Shown: positions 1 through 26,014 of the stretch, piece by piece | Layout of the letters: every line of letters starts with the position of its first letter | Position numbering within the stretch: position 1 is the first letter of the stretch | NCBI GenBank assembly: GCA_002269645.1 | Contig: NIVC01001395.1 | Coordinates: 1 to 64,000, forward strand | Source of the DNA: Macrostomum lignano | Taxonomy: Eukaryota | Length of the DNA stretch: 64,000 nucleotides | Direction of reading: 5' to 3' | Translations under genes and position numbers: made by a program | The notes under the pieces: generated by a model | Told to the model about the DNA's origin: nothing | The model's input: only the letters and a program-made list of their open reading frames with translations | Database searches by the model: none

Positions 1-497
1 CTTTTTTGAGTAGTATACTTGCTAATAATATGTAACATTTAAATTTTATGCAAACAAAAGGCAACACTAAAGTCTATTGCCAAGTCAAGTGCAATATTGG
101 AATTTCCAATGAAAATGACAGGCCGCCTCTTATCCTCTAGACTTATTAGTTATTATGCATAACACATGCATATATTGGTTGGTTATTTGTTTATTAATAA
201 ATTATTACAAGTTCATTTTGAAATGTAACAAAGACTTATTACTAAATAAGTATCTGCCTCTGTAAAACATTAGGGAATTGTAAGATTAGGTAACTATCCT
301 AAGACTATATTGCCATTGCTAGAGAAAATCAGAGAACCAATCATACCAATTGTAGCTATTTCTCCACTTTCAGGCTACAGAAGGTGACCAATCACTAAAC
401 CACAGTGGTGATGACAGCCACTCACAGTCCTCAGGTCTCTCGCGCTTCGACGCTCCCAGTCACTTCAGCCAATCTAGTGCAACTGCTGACATTGTGA

Positions 498-601
498 CCA
501 AATGAGGCGAGAACATTGTTGGAGATTTTTTTGACACGAAGCTTCAGTGTCAATTTGGCTGAGCACTTGTCTGCAGTTAGTGAGAAACCATCGTTTATCA
601 A
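498..601 (+). CDS. Possible upstream coding exon of the Bcl-2-family gene (5' boundary unresolved)
   Basis: Open frame PNEARTLLEIFLTRSFSVNLAEHLSAVSEKPSFI(K) ends at a strong donor AA|gtaagt (602). It is phase 2, matching the acceptor at 1220 (AA+G=Lys). An in-frame TGA lies at 495-497 and there is no in-frame ATG, so the start is unclear. Confidence 0.35.
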
Positions 602-659
602 GTAAGTTGATGACATTTGTTGTCATTGTTGACCTCAAATGACCCATTGTTTACTGTCT

Positions 660-1200
660 ACAGGGATTTACCAATTTTCAAGCTCGGATTCCCACCGTCT
701 ACCTGGGATTTCCCGATTCTCACCTCAGATTTCCTACCATCTACTTGGGATTCCCAACTCTCAGCTCGGATCTCCCACTGTCTATCTGGGATTTCCCCAC
801 TGTCTACCTGGGATTTCCCATTGACTATCTGGATTTCCCGATTCTCACCTCAGATTTTCCACCGTCTACCTGAGATTTCTCCATTCTCACATCAGACTTC
901 CCACTCTACCTAGGATTTCCCAACTCTCAGCTCGGATTTCCCACTGTCTACCTGGGATTTCCCACTGTCTACCTGGGATTTCCCAACTCTCAGCTCGGAT
1001 TTTCCCACTGTCTACCTCGGATATCCCCATTCTCACCTCAGTTTTCCTACTGTCTACCTGGGATTTCCCTATTCACACCTCAGATTTCCCCGTGTCTACT
1101 TGGGATTACCCATTCTCACCTCAGATTTCTCAACTCTCCGCTCGATTTCCCTTGTCTACCTGAGATTTCCCGATTCTCACCTCAGATTTCCCTTCCTTCC
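660..1200. repeat. Degenerate ~20/40-bp intronic minisatellite (ctgtctacctgggatttcccattctcacctcagatttccca)
   Basis: Repeated blocks are visible directly and fill intron 602-1219. Confidence 0.9.
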
Positions 1201-1219
1201 CAACCTGGAATCCCCTCAG

Positions 1220-4200
1220 GCTGCTAGAACTGCAAGATACCGGCGAAAGTTACAGCGATGTCGACGGCGAACTGACGGGTTCCGTAGGAGACGAAGACGT
1301 TGCGGGTAGCGCGAGCCGCCCCGTGGCTTACTCTGATCCCGGTGATAGGCCGATCTTTCCCAACGCTATTGACGATCCCGAAGACTCGGCTATTGTTGAA
1401 GGCAAGATTTTCGATGCAGATGAGGCCGATACTCAGCAGCAGTCAGTGAATCAGTCAGCACGTCGACAAAATCGCCGACGAAGGCAACGAGTTGCGTCGA
1501 CTAATGAAGAATCGAATTCGAATCTTGGTGGAGAAGGTTAGCAGTTAAAATAGGTTTCAAGCGTCTTAAAATTTTGTCTTACGAGTAAAAACTGAAAGAA
1601 ACCTGCCCTTGAATTTAAGGGAAGAAATCCTTAAATTTTGTTGAAATTTATCCTCAAAATTGAGAACTGCTATAAAGAGCAGTTCTCAAAGATGATGTAA
1701 AATTCATCTTCAAATTTCATTTAGATCGTATCTACAATTTATTCTCTGATTTCTTTAAAATTGGCCCTGTGAATTCTTAGAAATCGATTCTGTTATTTCT
1801 TAGAAATCAGTACCGTGCTTTCTTAGAAATCAGTTCTGTGATTGCTTAGAAATATCAGTCCTGTGCTTTCTTCAATTCCGGGGGGAGGGTAGTCGTATTC
1901 GTAGCAGAGCGGTCGCTGAGCGGCACGGTCGTTCAGTTGGTAGACACCGGAGATTTGACACCGTAAATTAATGTGTCGTTTCGTCGCACTTGCTACTTCC
2001 AGTAGGGTAGTTGCTGCCACCACCGTAATTTACGTATTACGGAACGTTGAATTCTCAGAGCTTTCTTTGAGATGAGAACTTTTGGTTGTTTTACGCCCCA
2101 CGGGCAAATGATTCAATAGAAAGCTATGGGCTTAATGAACGAACTGTTAATTATTAAGTTGCGGTTTATTATTTGTTGTCGACAATTCAAGATAAATATT
2201 AAAAGGTTAAAGAGAGAGACGGCCTAACGGCGATATGAGATCCGGCGTGCCGGATGCTGAATATATATTAAGGTTTAGTGTAACGTAAACGCGAGCAACC
2301 CAATAAAGGGGAGCACGAGAGAGAGAGAGAGAGAGAGAGAGAGCAAGCGCATGAAAAACAAGCATCCACAACGCGGTATAAATATTAGTTTCTTCTTGCC
2401 AGAGGGCGGGGCACCCGGGGATTCAGTGGGTGGTAAATGGGTAGCCACCACTGGATTCCTCAACTGGCAGTAACTTAAAGCAATAAAGAAAAATAAAAAC
2501 AGGGAAATGGCATCGCATGGGGCCGCCGATGGGGCATAGCATGGGGACAAAAACCAATTGGTGGGGCAGCACACGGGCCATCAAGTGGCATGACGTCAGC
2601 AAAAAAATTAAGCAAATCATATTTACCTGAAAGTCTCAAGCATCCGTGGTAGACGCAACTACCACAAAATCAGTCCTATGCTTTCTTAGAAATATCAGTC
2701 CTATGCTTTCTTAGATATATCAGTCCTGTGCTTTCTTAGAAATATCAGTCCTGTGATTCCTTAGAAATCGATCCTGTGATTTCTTAGAAAACGGTCCTGT
2801 TATTTCTAAGAAACCGGTTCTGTTATTTCGTAAAATCGGTTCTGTTGTTTCTTGGAAATTGGTCCTGTAAATTCTTACAAAACGCTTCAGATATTTCATA
2901 GAAATACGTTCTGTTATTTCTTAAAAAAATCGGTCTTGTATTTCTTGGAAGTCGGTCCTGTGCTTTCCTAGAAATCGGCCCTCTATATTCCTGATGAACT
3001 GCATTCTGACTTTAAAAAACGGCTCTGTGATTTTGTGAAAAGTCCTTTCTTAGAAACCAGTATTAAATAATTGCAGCAGGCAGCAGCAGTTTAAAGCGCA
3101 TCGGCACGGATCCCGACAACGCCGTGTTCAATTTCGACGAAGATCGACGCCCTCGGGCCAGCACCGACTCTGCCGCGTTGTTCATCTCCCCGGGGCTGCA
3201 GTCTGCCGCTGCAGCCAAAGGCTCCCTGTTTCAGCGGGCCTTCAACGTTTCCCCTTCGCCGACTCAATCGCCAACTTTGTCGTCGAGTTCGCTGGATCGA
3301 CGCCGGCGAGAAGTTAACGAAGCTGCCGCCTCGTCGAAGCAGCGTCGATTGCGTCAGCGTCATTGGGTTCCGTTGCGCAAGGATCGAATAGTGAAGGAAT
3401 TCGGCCGGGCCTGTCACCAGCCGGCCGGGGCCGAGCTGACGCCCAGCGACTGCGAGGATCGCCTGGATCACGTGGCCGCCATGCTGGATTTTGTTGCTAA
3501 GGACTTTTTTGAACCATGCGGCAGTCAGCATCGGCAGAGGCCATCCATGCCGTTCTGCTTGGACTCCGCGCTGCAGGCTAAGGAGGACCGGGTGCTGCGC
3601 GGCAGGGGGGCCGACGGTGAGACTCGACTGTCTATCTATCTATCTATCTATCTATCTGATCTATCTATCTATCTGATCTATCTATCTATCTAATCTATCT
3701 ATCTATCATCTATCTATCTATCACTATCTATCTATCTATCTGATCTATCTATCTATCTATCTATCTATCTGATCTATCTATCTATCTATCTATCTGATCT
3801 ATCTATCTATCTGATCTATCTATCTATCCATCTGATCTATCTATCTATCTATCTGGTCTATCCATCTGATCTATCTATCTATCTGTCTGATCTATCTATC
3901 TATCATCTATGTATCTATCACTATCTATCTATCTATCTATCTATCACTATCCATCTATCTATTTATAAATTCCCTAGGCAAGCCCCCCGTGGACGACGCC
4001 ACTCTGGACTCGCTGCTCTCCAGCCTAGCAGACTACGAAGCATTCAGCCAGCGCCTCAGTCATCTGTTGCTAGGGGACCTGCAGGCGTGGCGCTGCGTTG
4101 CCATGCTGTACGTTGTCACCAGGCTGCTTTGCCAGCGCTGCGCCGAGTCCAGTCAGCTGGATTTGGTCAAGAGGAACTGCCTGAGACATTTTGATCAGCG

Positions 4201-4276
4201 CTACGCCCAGTGGGTGCTGCAGAGAGGCGGCTGGCAGGCGGTGGTTGATGAGACCGAAGACTCAGAGCTAGATTGA
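1220..4276 (+). CDS. Divergent Bcl-2 family protein, Bcl-G/BCL2L14-like, no C-terminal TM anchor (5'-incomplete)
   Basis: Exons 1220-1536 (G|gttagc, phase 1), 3077/3080-3616 (G|gtgaga, phase 1) and 3978-4276 join in frame. C-terminus RNCLRHFDQRYAQWVLQRGGWQAVVDETEDSELD* has the BH2 motif WxxxxGGW. LGDLQAWRCVAMLY is BH1-like and LDHVAAMLDFVAKDF is BH3-like. Confidence 0.7.
1760..2990. repeat. ~23-bp intronic minisatellite (ttcttagaaatcagtcctgtgct), split by an insertion at 1873-2665
   Basis: The same unit is seen at 1760-1872 and 2666-2990. Confidence 0.85.
1873..2665. mobile_element. Unclassified ~0.8-kb insertion with internal (GA)n and terminal hairpin
   Basis: Non-repeat sequence interrupts the minisatellite after ...gctttctt and ends in hairpin gtggtag-acgcaa-ctaccac (2646-2665), after which the array resumes. 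Confidence 0.35.
3628..3961. repeat. (TATC)n microsatellite filling intron 3617-3977
   Basis: Direct observation. Confidence 0.97.
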
Positions 4277-5427
4277 GCCGTTGCAGTGTGGTACAATTCA
4301 GTTATGAAAGATTTCAGCCTGTCAGTATGGATTATTATGTCTGATAAATTCGTGATATACTACTGATGTACTTTTACTAAGGACTATGCAAGGACTATGA
4401 AATATTTTTTTTGTTCTTGACAGGGGCCAGAGTCCTTGTTTTCTACATATAATTGTGAGTATAGTAAGCAGTATATATTAAAAAAACTATTTTTAGTAAT
4501 GTTTGTCTTTCTTTGCTTCGTATCTGTTAGATTAGAGAAAAAAATCTAGTAGCATGTTAATGAGGAAATATGTATAACTTTATTTTCTAATTATTGTGTG
4601 CTATAAAAAATGCAGGCTTTTTTCCTTTGTTATGAGCTCTAGTGAACAACTTTTTTGTTTTTTTTCATTTAATCGTTCGTAACTCGACATTAATTAGTTG
4701 TGGCTAGTCCAGTTTTTTATTTCTTCATAGGTTGTTTTTGACGTTTTCGATCGGGTGTTTGACAAAGTTTCCCAGTTTTTGGCTAAAATTTTCTTGTCAT
4801 AAAAATTCATAAAAATTTTGCAGAACCCCTCGATTTAAATAAGGAACAAATGCCAACTGCACTACTGACAATGCGATTTGAGTAGCAAGTAGCGAATATT
4901 ACCATACTTAATTTCATTAAATTGGTGCAAATTTATTGCTTAGTATTTTTTGCTTTTATTTCTCTTTTGAGACGCATGGTTATTATAATCCGGTTAAATT
5001 CTTTTTTCCCAATTAATTTCGACTTTTAATTTAGATTCAAAAATTGTTTTGCTTAAATTTGTCTGTTTTCAATTTTCATTCGCTGTACGGTAAATTGACA
5101 CACTTGTTTTGTAGTAACAGAAATTGCTCATGATGCTCTCTGATTCTGCTTTATTGTGATCGGCAAAGTTAAAAAGTTGTTTTCAGAGGCTTACAATTCA
5201 TTTTTTGCTATTAATTGAAAGTTGATAAATAAATTGACAAGTTGCTCTTGAAGTTTTGTGCTAATTATCGATATATATATTTATATATTTATACATGAAT
5301 GATGCGAAGTTTGCGAACTTACTAAAGGTATTTATTGCGGGTTACGACTAATTGGTAAGCAAGTTTGCAGATGTTTTAAGCAAGATAAAGTAATCATACA
5401 TGTATTTGCAGCACAGTTGCGGACACC

Positions 5428-6438
5428 TAAGGGTCGGCAAAATTTTTCAACGTATGATCCAGATATAAAATCTAGCGTATGACTGCGGGTCAGAGAGAGA
5501 GAGAGAGGAGAGGGAAGAGAAAGGAGGCTTGGGGAGAGGGAATTTGAGGGAAGAAAGGAGAGAAGAAAGAGGAGAGGGGAGAGGAGAGGAGGGAAGGGAT
5601 ATGAGAGTGTAGATGAGTGGAGAGAGGAGAGGAGGGAAGGGATATGAGAGTGTAGATGAGTGGAGAGAGGAGAGGAGGGAAGGGATATGAGAGTGTAGAT
5701 GAGTGGAGAGAGGAGAGGAGGGAAGGGATATGAGAGTGTAGATGAGTGGAGAGAGGAGAGGAGGGAAGGGATATGAGAGTGTAGATGAGTGGAGAGAGGA
5801 GAGGAGGGAAGGGATATGAGAGTGTAGATGAGTGGAGAGAGGAGAGGAGGGAAGGGATATGAGAGTGTAGATGAGTGGAGAGAGGAGAGGAGGGAAGGGA
5901 TATGAGAGTGTAGATGAGTGGAGAGAGGAGAGGAGGGAAGGGATATGAGAGTGTAGATGAGTGGAGAGAGGAGAGGAGGGAAGGGATATGAGAGTGTAGA
6001 TGAGTGGAGAAAGGAGAGGAGGGAAGGGATATGAGAGTGTAGATGAGTGGAGAAAGGAGAGGAGGGAAGGGATATGAGAGTGTAGATGAGTGGAGAGAGG
6101 AGAGGAGGGAAAGGAGACTCCGCGGAGGAGCGGAGAGAGGAGAGGAGGGAAGGGATATGAGAGTGTAGATGAGTGGAGAGAGGAGAGGAGGGAAGGGATA
6201 TGAGAGTGTAGATGAGTGGAGAAAGGAGAGGAGGGAAGGGATATGAGAGTGTAGATGAGTGGAGAGAGGAGAGGAGGGAAAGGAGACTCCGCGGAGGAGC
6301 GGAGAGAGGAGAAGGGGAGACTTGAGAAGAGACACAAGCCAGATTGCTATTGTGAAGTTTCATGGACCTAAGGGCCGGATAGAGAGGCTTCGTGGGCCGC
6401 ATGTGTGTGGCCCGCGAGTCGGAGTTTGCCGACCCCTG
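5428..6438. mobile_element. hAT (Charlie-like) non-autonomous element enclosing a 43-bp minisatellite
   Basis: Left end taagggtcggcaaaa versus right end gtttgccgacccctg (reverse complement caggggtcggcaaac), 12/15 match. The right subterminal ...gggccgcatgtgtgtggcccgcg...gtttgccgacccctg is typical of hAT MITEs. No TSD is recognisable. Confidence 0.5.
5560..6310. repeat. 43-bp purine-rich minisatellite (gagaggagaggagggaagggatatgagagtgtagatgagtgga)
   Basis: gatatg recurs at 5598, 5641, 5684 and onward, giving period 43. Confidence 0.97.
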
Positions 6439-6655
6439 CCGGGCCTAACCCAAGGCCTTCGGCGACATCGGTCCCACAACCAGCGCTGAGGCAATTCTGC
6501 CCATGCCGCTGACTCCTGTGCACATATACAAGCGCGCGTGATTATATAGACAGATACATACAGAGACAGACATTACTATTAGGATTCTTGAGATTTCAGG
6601 ACTTCTATCAATTGTCCTCTTCTATCAAATTCGAGAATTCTGTACAACTTCTGTA

Positions 6656-7023
6656 TTTTTTTTATTAGTGGCAGGGGGTTGTGTGCACCCTGGCGCACTT
6701 TAAGCGACATAGGCACACAACCGGCGAGAGGCATTACTGCCCATTCCGCCGACTCCCCTGAGCAGGCACACAAGGGCGCGGATACGTACGCAGGCACACA
6801 CTCACACAGGAGTGTACAGCGGCCCTAACTTTATTTTATCGTTAGGCATGTACACTTCACTGCGCCTTGGGGGGTTGGCTCTCAAGGCCGTTAATTGCAC
6901 GAGCAGAGCCAAGCTGAGATTCCAATTCAGCCCCAAATTAATGTGACTGCACTGGGAATCGAGCCTGGGTCGCAGCTGGCACACCAGAGCAGCTGCGCTA
7001 CCGCTGGGCTACGGCCCCCCTAG
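6656..7023 (-). mobile_element. Full-length tRNA-derived SINE (family A) with TSD
   Basis: Minus-strand head GGGGCCGTAGCCCAGCGG (A box) ... GGCTCGATTCC (B box) and an A-rich tail. TSD aacttctgta at 6646-6655 and 7024-7033. Homologous copies at 43306-43694 and 52606-52932. Confidence 0.85.
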
Positions 7024-8060
7024 AACTTCTGTAGGTCAGAGAGTGTATTTTATTCAGTTTTGAGAACTTTTTGACTCAGCTATAGCTGGCATCCTGGTTT
7101 TCAATTTGGTATGTCCCGAATTTGCAGCAAGCTGTTGGGCGGCTTCAACAATCTCCACCCCGCCCCCGAACCAAACAGCAAGCGACAATTCTTGCATATC
7201 CCGTTTGGAGACTTCAACTGTCTACTAGCGGGCCTTCGCTGATTGGCTGGCGCAAGATTGGGAAGAGAAACGGGTTGCCGTCTTCGTGGGATCGCGGGCA
7301 GGGGCTCGGGGCTTGAGGGGGGGGGTTGGCTTTTAAAAATCCGGATTCCGGCCTCTCTCTTGTTGTCACGCAACTCTCGCAATCAGCTTAATAACCTGCC
7401 AGCCACATCATCTATGTGGGCCGTGCTGGGGGAGACTTGCTGTCGCTGTCGCTGGGAAAATTTTCCCCATTCGCTCGCCAATGCATGCAGCCAGATATTC
7501 CCTGCCTCGCTCTTATTTCCTAGGCAAGCTAGTGGAGGGTTAAATTATCAACCACCTCACCCTCCACTCTCCCCGAGCTCCTATAGTCACGAAAATGGGA
7601 CCTGCATGCAGATCCTGCAGTGTCGCGAGCCGACATCGCGTGTCAACCCCGGTCTGCTCCTCTCCCCTGCTCAGCTTTGCAGAGCTTCGCTTCTTTTTCT
7701 TCTACTGCACAGAGGGGACTTGGCCGCTATAGTGTCCACTGTGACCCTTTCTCCCGGTCCGCGGCCCTGTCGTGCAGAAAAAAAGGCTAAACTATATCTC
7801 GTTCGTTTGCTCGTTTGCCTATCCGACGGTGTCTGCGTGTGCGCCCCTTGTCTCTGATAGCTCTGCGTCCCTTGTCGTGACTGAGGGCACTTCTCTATTT
7901 TTGTGCCGCGAGGATGTCGACGCTGTCGTTCGTGACGTCTGGCAGTTTTTGAGTCGGGACGGTCGCCGCGCCGCCTCATCCTCTCTGTCTCAGTCGCGTG
8001 CAAGGTTTGCACTCCTTACCCGATTCCACTCCATACCTTATACCCACCCCGCAACAAGTC

Positions 8061-21849
<13,789 letters not shown>

Positions 21850-21902
21850 GGGAGTTTGCTTGATGCTTTTCATTGTGCTTTAATTATCTAACATAGTTGC
21901 CA

Positions 21903-22300
21903 GAGAGTAGCGAAGGGTAGAAGAGGGTAGCGAAGGTAGAAGAGGGTAGCGGAGGGTAGCGGAAGGTAGAAGAGGGTAGCGGAGGGTAGCGGAAGGTAGA
22001 AGAGGGTAGCGGAGGGTAGCGGAAGGTAGAAGAAGGTAGCGGAGGATAGCGGAAGGTAGAAGAGGCTAGCGGAGGGTAGCAGAGGCTAGCGGAGAGTAGC
22101 GGAGGGTAGAAGAGGCTAGCGGAGGGTAGCGGAGGGTAGCAGAGGGTAGCAGAGGCTAGCGGAGGGTAGCGAAGGGTAGAAGAGACTAGCGGAGGGTAGC
22201 AGAGGCTAGCGGAGGGTAGCGGAGGGTAGTGGAGGGTAGCGGAGGGTAGCAGAGGCTAGCGGAGGGTAGAAGAGGGTGGCGGAGGGTAGCGGAGGGTAGC
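21903..22300. repeat. 10-bp minisatellite (gcggagggta)
   Basis: Direct observation. Confidence 0.95.
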
Positions 22301-22323
22301 CAGAAGTCTTTAAAAAGCGCCAG

Positions 22324-22776
22324 CAGCAGTGCAGAGTATGAACTCTACCCTTCACAGTTCAATAACTCGTTTCCAAACTCCGCGCATACCTTCTTCTCGC
22401 AGTTTCCAGTCGGGCATTCCGGTGCCAGTAGTTCGCAGCTCGCATTCCTACGCGTGGAAATCAAATTTTCACGATGCCCAGCAGCAACAGCAGCAGCAGC
22501 TTGCAGCAGCCGGTTATCAGTATGCCTATCAGGTGAGTCAGATATAAAACTTATGATACTCAGCAGCCACTGGTGCTGGCGCCCTTGGTGCTGGCGCCCT
22601 GGTGCTGGTGGTGCTAAAGAGCCATTTCTTGTGCAAGGCATGATAAAATGCTTGTATAGCACTGTGTATGAGTAGTAACGAGCGTAGTAGGGTTATAGCT
22701 GGAAATATGAAAATTATTTTAATTTTTTTAAATGAACTTTTTTTTTTCAGTCCTCGAGCAGCTCGCAAGCAGCTAG
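22324..22776 (+). CDS. AHR: Probable additional 3' exons of AhR (22324-22532 and 22751-22776)
   Basis: Donor GG|gtaagg at 21846 overlaps the exon-9 stop. Acceptor 22324 is phase-compatible and reads SSAEYELYPSQFNNSFPNSAHTFFSQFP. Strong donor G|gtgagt at 22533 and acceptor ttttttttcag|22751 lead to VLEQLASS*. Confidence 0.5.
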
Positions 22777-23479
22777 ACTGAATCATCGTCTAAATTCAAA
22801 GTTTCGCAAGACGCGTGATTTATAACAAATTGTCGAATTTTTTTAATAAATGTTTTAATGCACCGATTCATCAATTAGATTGTTTGCACTTTTATTAAAA
22901 CTTAGATGTGGTGTCTAGCATAACAGATTGAACTAATTAAAATTTAGATATCACACTTTTTTTTCTGGACGATATGTCAATATAATAACGATTTTAAGTA
23001 AATGGAAAATTTATATAAATAGTTTCTGTAATGACTTATACATGTATATATCATTAATTTTTGCATTGCAAGTCATACTTGACTGTAACTAATATTATTT
23101 AGATTACATACTTATTGTTTTTATAATCTGCACTTCAAACAAAAAACTTTTGTTTAAACTGTTGTTGACTTAATAACAAGAACTGTATAATGCATAAATG
23201 TAGTCTTGTCTATCGCATCCGTGCATGCACTTTTTACTAATTTATTGATTAATTTATGGTAGAATGAGTTTACCCAAATGAGTTTAAGTATTAAAAGTAA
23301 ATGCGTTGTCCATCTTCACCAATAAAATTGTCTAATAGGCAAATGACAGTTGATGTTTGATCCATGCATACATGACTATAGTACCCGGCAATGCATTTTA
23401 TAATAAGTTAGTTCTTGCATTGAATTCCTTTGACAACATAATTTACATTGCACATTTCATGTGTACCCGTACAGCAATC

Positions 23480-24690
23480 CGAATTCGGCTAAACGTTGGT
23501 GCAATGTGATGGAGGCTTTATTGGTACAAGGTCACCATTCAGCCTCGACACGAGGCGAGTGACAGCTGAAGCGACTCCGAAGTCCACTGTTACAGTGACG
23601 GCTCAATGAGGCATACATGTTCATGTATGGTATCTCAGGCTTCGGAGCGTGTGCATCTTCTTCAAGGGAGAAGCGGTGTGGAGCTATACTCCCAGTACAC
23701 TGGACTCAACTCGTGTTTTCCAGAGCGAGGTGCTTGCCATTAGCTCCTGCGCGGCAGAACTGCGCCGAAGGCAGCTTAGCGGCTGGAAATTGATTTTTCA
23801 CTCTGCTGACAGTCAGGCAGCCCTTCGGGCCCTCTGCCGCAGCACCGCCAGCTCCAGATCTGTCCCAGCTCAACGGGCTTGCGCAAGACAATCAGGTGGA
23901 GCTCAAATGGATCCCGGTCCACGCTGGTTTCCTCGCCAACGAGCGCGCTGACCTGCTGGCCAAGGCTCATGGCTCCGCCGGTGCGCTGCTGGGGCCGGCC
24001 TCCTCCCTGCCTCGGTGATGAACTCCCGCGTTAAGCGCTGGGCTGATTCCGAGCATCTCCGCAGGTGGCAAGACGCTCAGAATTGCAGGCAATCCAGTGC
24101 TACCGTCCCAGCTGTCCCTCCCCCCTCCTGCGCGGAGTTCTCCTCAGGCTGAAACGAGAGACCTTTAGAGCAGCTATAGCATCCATGGGCCTCTCCGGGC
24201 AATAGCTGCTTGATCTCGCCACCGCTTCCTTCAGGGCCAGGTACCTGATGAGGAGTGGTGCCCCATCTGCAGCTCAGGCAGTAAAAACGCTGAGCACTTT
24301 ATCTGCCACTGTCTGATTTTCACCACGGCCAGGCTCACTCACCTCGTGCCAAAACCCGCGGTTTTCTCTGACGTTTGCAGGCCGAGAGCATATACCGCTG
24401 CTGTCCCGGTACCTCAGAGATACGGGGACGAGCTGAGTTCTTCCCCACCGCCGGTGAGGAGGACCGCCTTGCAGGCGGGACCGACGGGTCCCCCTGAGCG
24501 ACATCACTTCGACGGAAGTCGTTGGTTGCCATGATCGGGGGGCGGCGATCTCCTCTGCCTCCTGCAGATCGCTGCACCCGCCGGACGATGCCCCTGTAGC
24601 TAAAGTCAAATACGTAACGTGGATACATCGTGGATTCATCGCCTAAATAACTCATACGTATACTGCTAACTAATAACTAACAACGCAGTG
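23480..24690 (+). mobile_element. 5'-truncated, frameshifted non-LTR retrotransposon (RNase H + C-terminal Cys/His motif; Loa/R1/I-group-like)
   Basis: RNase H motifs across shifted frames: HCYSDGS, GFGACIF, VFQSEVLAI, SADSQAALRAL, WIPVHAGFLANERADLLAK. These are followed by WCPICSSGSKNAEHFICHC, a GC-rich 3' region and a taac-rich end. Confidence 0.85.
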
Positions 24691-26014
24691 ACAACAATTA
24701 CACACACATCTCCAGGCTCCGTTTTTCACATTTCGCCTTTCTGTGGTTAGTTTTGTTTCTTGTCCTTTTGTAAATAATGTATTTTAATAAAAAAATAATT
24801 CAGATTGTTATTTATGGGTTATACGAATTTTATTTAACACGGTTTAAATATATAATTTGTTAATATTTTTAAAGGTTTTCAAAGAATTTTTTTCGAAAAC
24901 TGTTTTTTAAACAAACCATGGCTGCACAGCGATAATTATAGCAAATTAGGTGAATTTAATTTATATTTAAGTGTTTTCTCATTCCCATTGCATTTGTTGT
25001 GTAATCCACGGTAAAACTTATACAGTGTAATGCAATCTCTCATCAAAACCCCTAATCAACACTGCACTGATCCATTAATTTGAGGCTGTTAGTTGAGGCT
25101 GTAGCCTGTAAAATATCTTGATATTTGAACGGAACGAGCTAATTGATATTTAGCTACGTTGCGTGTTGGTTAGGCTTGTTTATTTATGAGCTTATGTTTC
25201 GGCTGCTGTACTGGAAGTGTATCTATCGTCTCTATGACTTGGAGCAATTCTAGTATTCGTAGTATAGGCCTAATGAGTTTCAGTTGAAAACAAAGTTAGG
25301 TCTACCCTGTGATGCTTGTATATGCATATTGCGCATCTGTGCGCATCTGTATTTTTTTAGCTTCTTAAGCCTACGCCAATCTTATCATTCAAGTCAAAGT
25401 GATGCTCTTTTAAGATTTTGATGTTTAAAAAGAATTAAACAATACTACATCTGCATTCACATTGCAATAACCAAAAATGTGCAACAGATGCAAAAAATGC
25501 TCAACAAAAGTTGTGCCAGCTATAATAGCTTGGTCTGTTTTAATTGTTTTTACTGGATTGTATTTCTACTTTGTGTAAGTACTTAGTTTTGTTGTTCAAA
25601 TTTTAACCTTCTGGCTCTTTGGCAAATTATAATATTATAGGCTAAGTGATGATAAATGATTATGCTTTAAAATATTAATTAATTTAGGAGCATTCAAGTC
25701 CTTATTTAATAATTAGTTGGGTGCATGACCAAGATGGCCACACACCAAGATGGCTGCAGCTTTAAATGTATAAATAGATAATAATAAGCCTATATATATA
25801 ATATACGCACTCATTTCTTGTTGGTATTAATTTGTATTAGATATACTATATCATAATATAGATCCTTAAGTCTTGGGGGGATAGATGCTATAATAGAATT
25901 ATTTTAAATTAAGAACATACCCTTTGGCTTTAGCTTTTATTATAGCCTAACCTATAATAATAATTATTATCTACTAAATAAAGCAAGTAACTTGGTGTTA
26001 CACTGCTTCCTAAG

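Noticed and set aside
5332-6402. Ser/Leu/Pro-rich ORFs of 280-356 aa
   Set aside because: Reverse-strand translation of the 43-bp purine array.
6960-7020. tRNA-like sequence (also near 46620-46680 and 52606-52670)
   Set aside because: A and B boxes are present but no complete cloverleaf is evident, and each continues into a repeated SINE body.
24245-24260. CTGATGAG hammerhead-ribozyme core-like motif
   Set aside because: Lies in LINE coding sequence, with no matching GAAA and flanking stems found.
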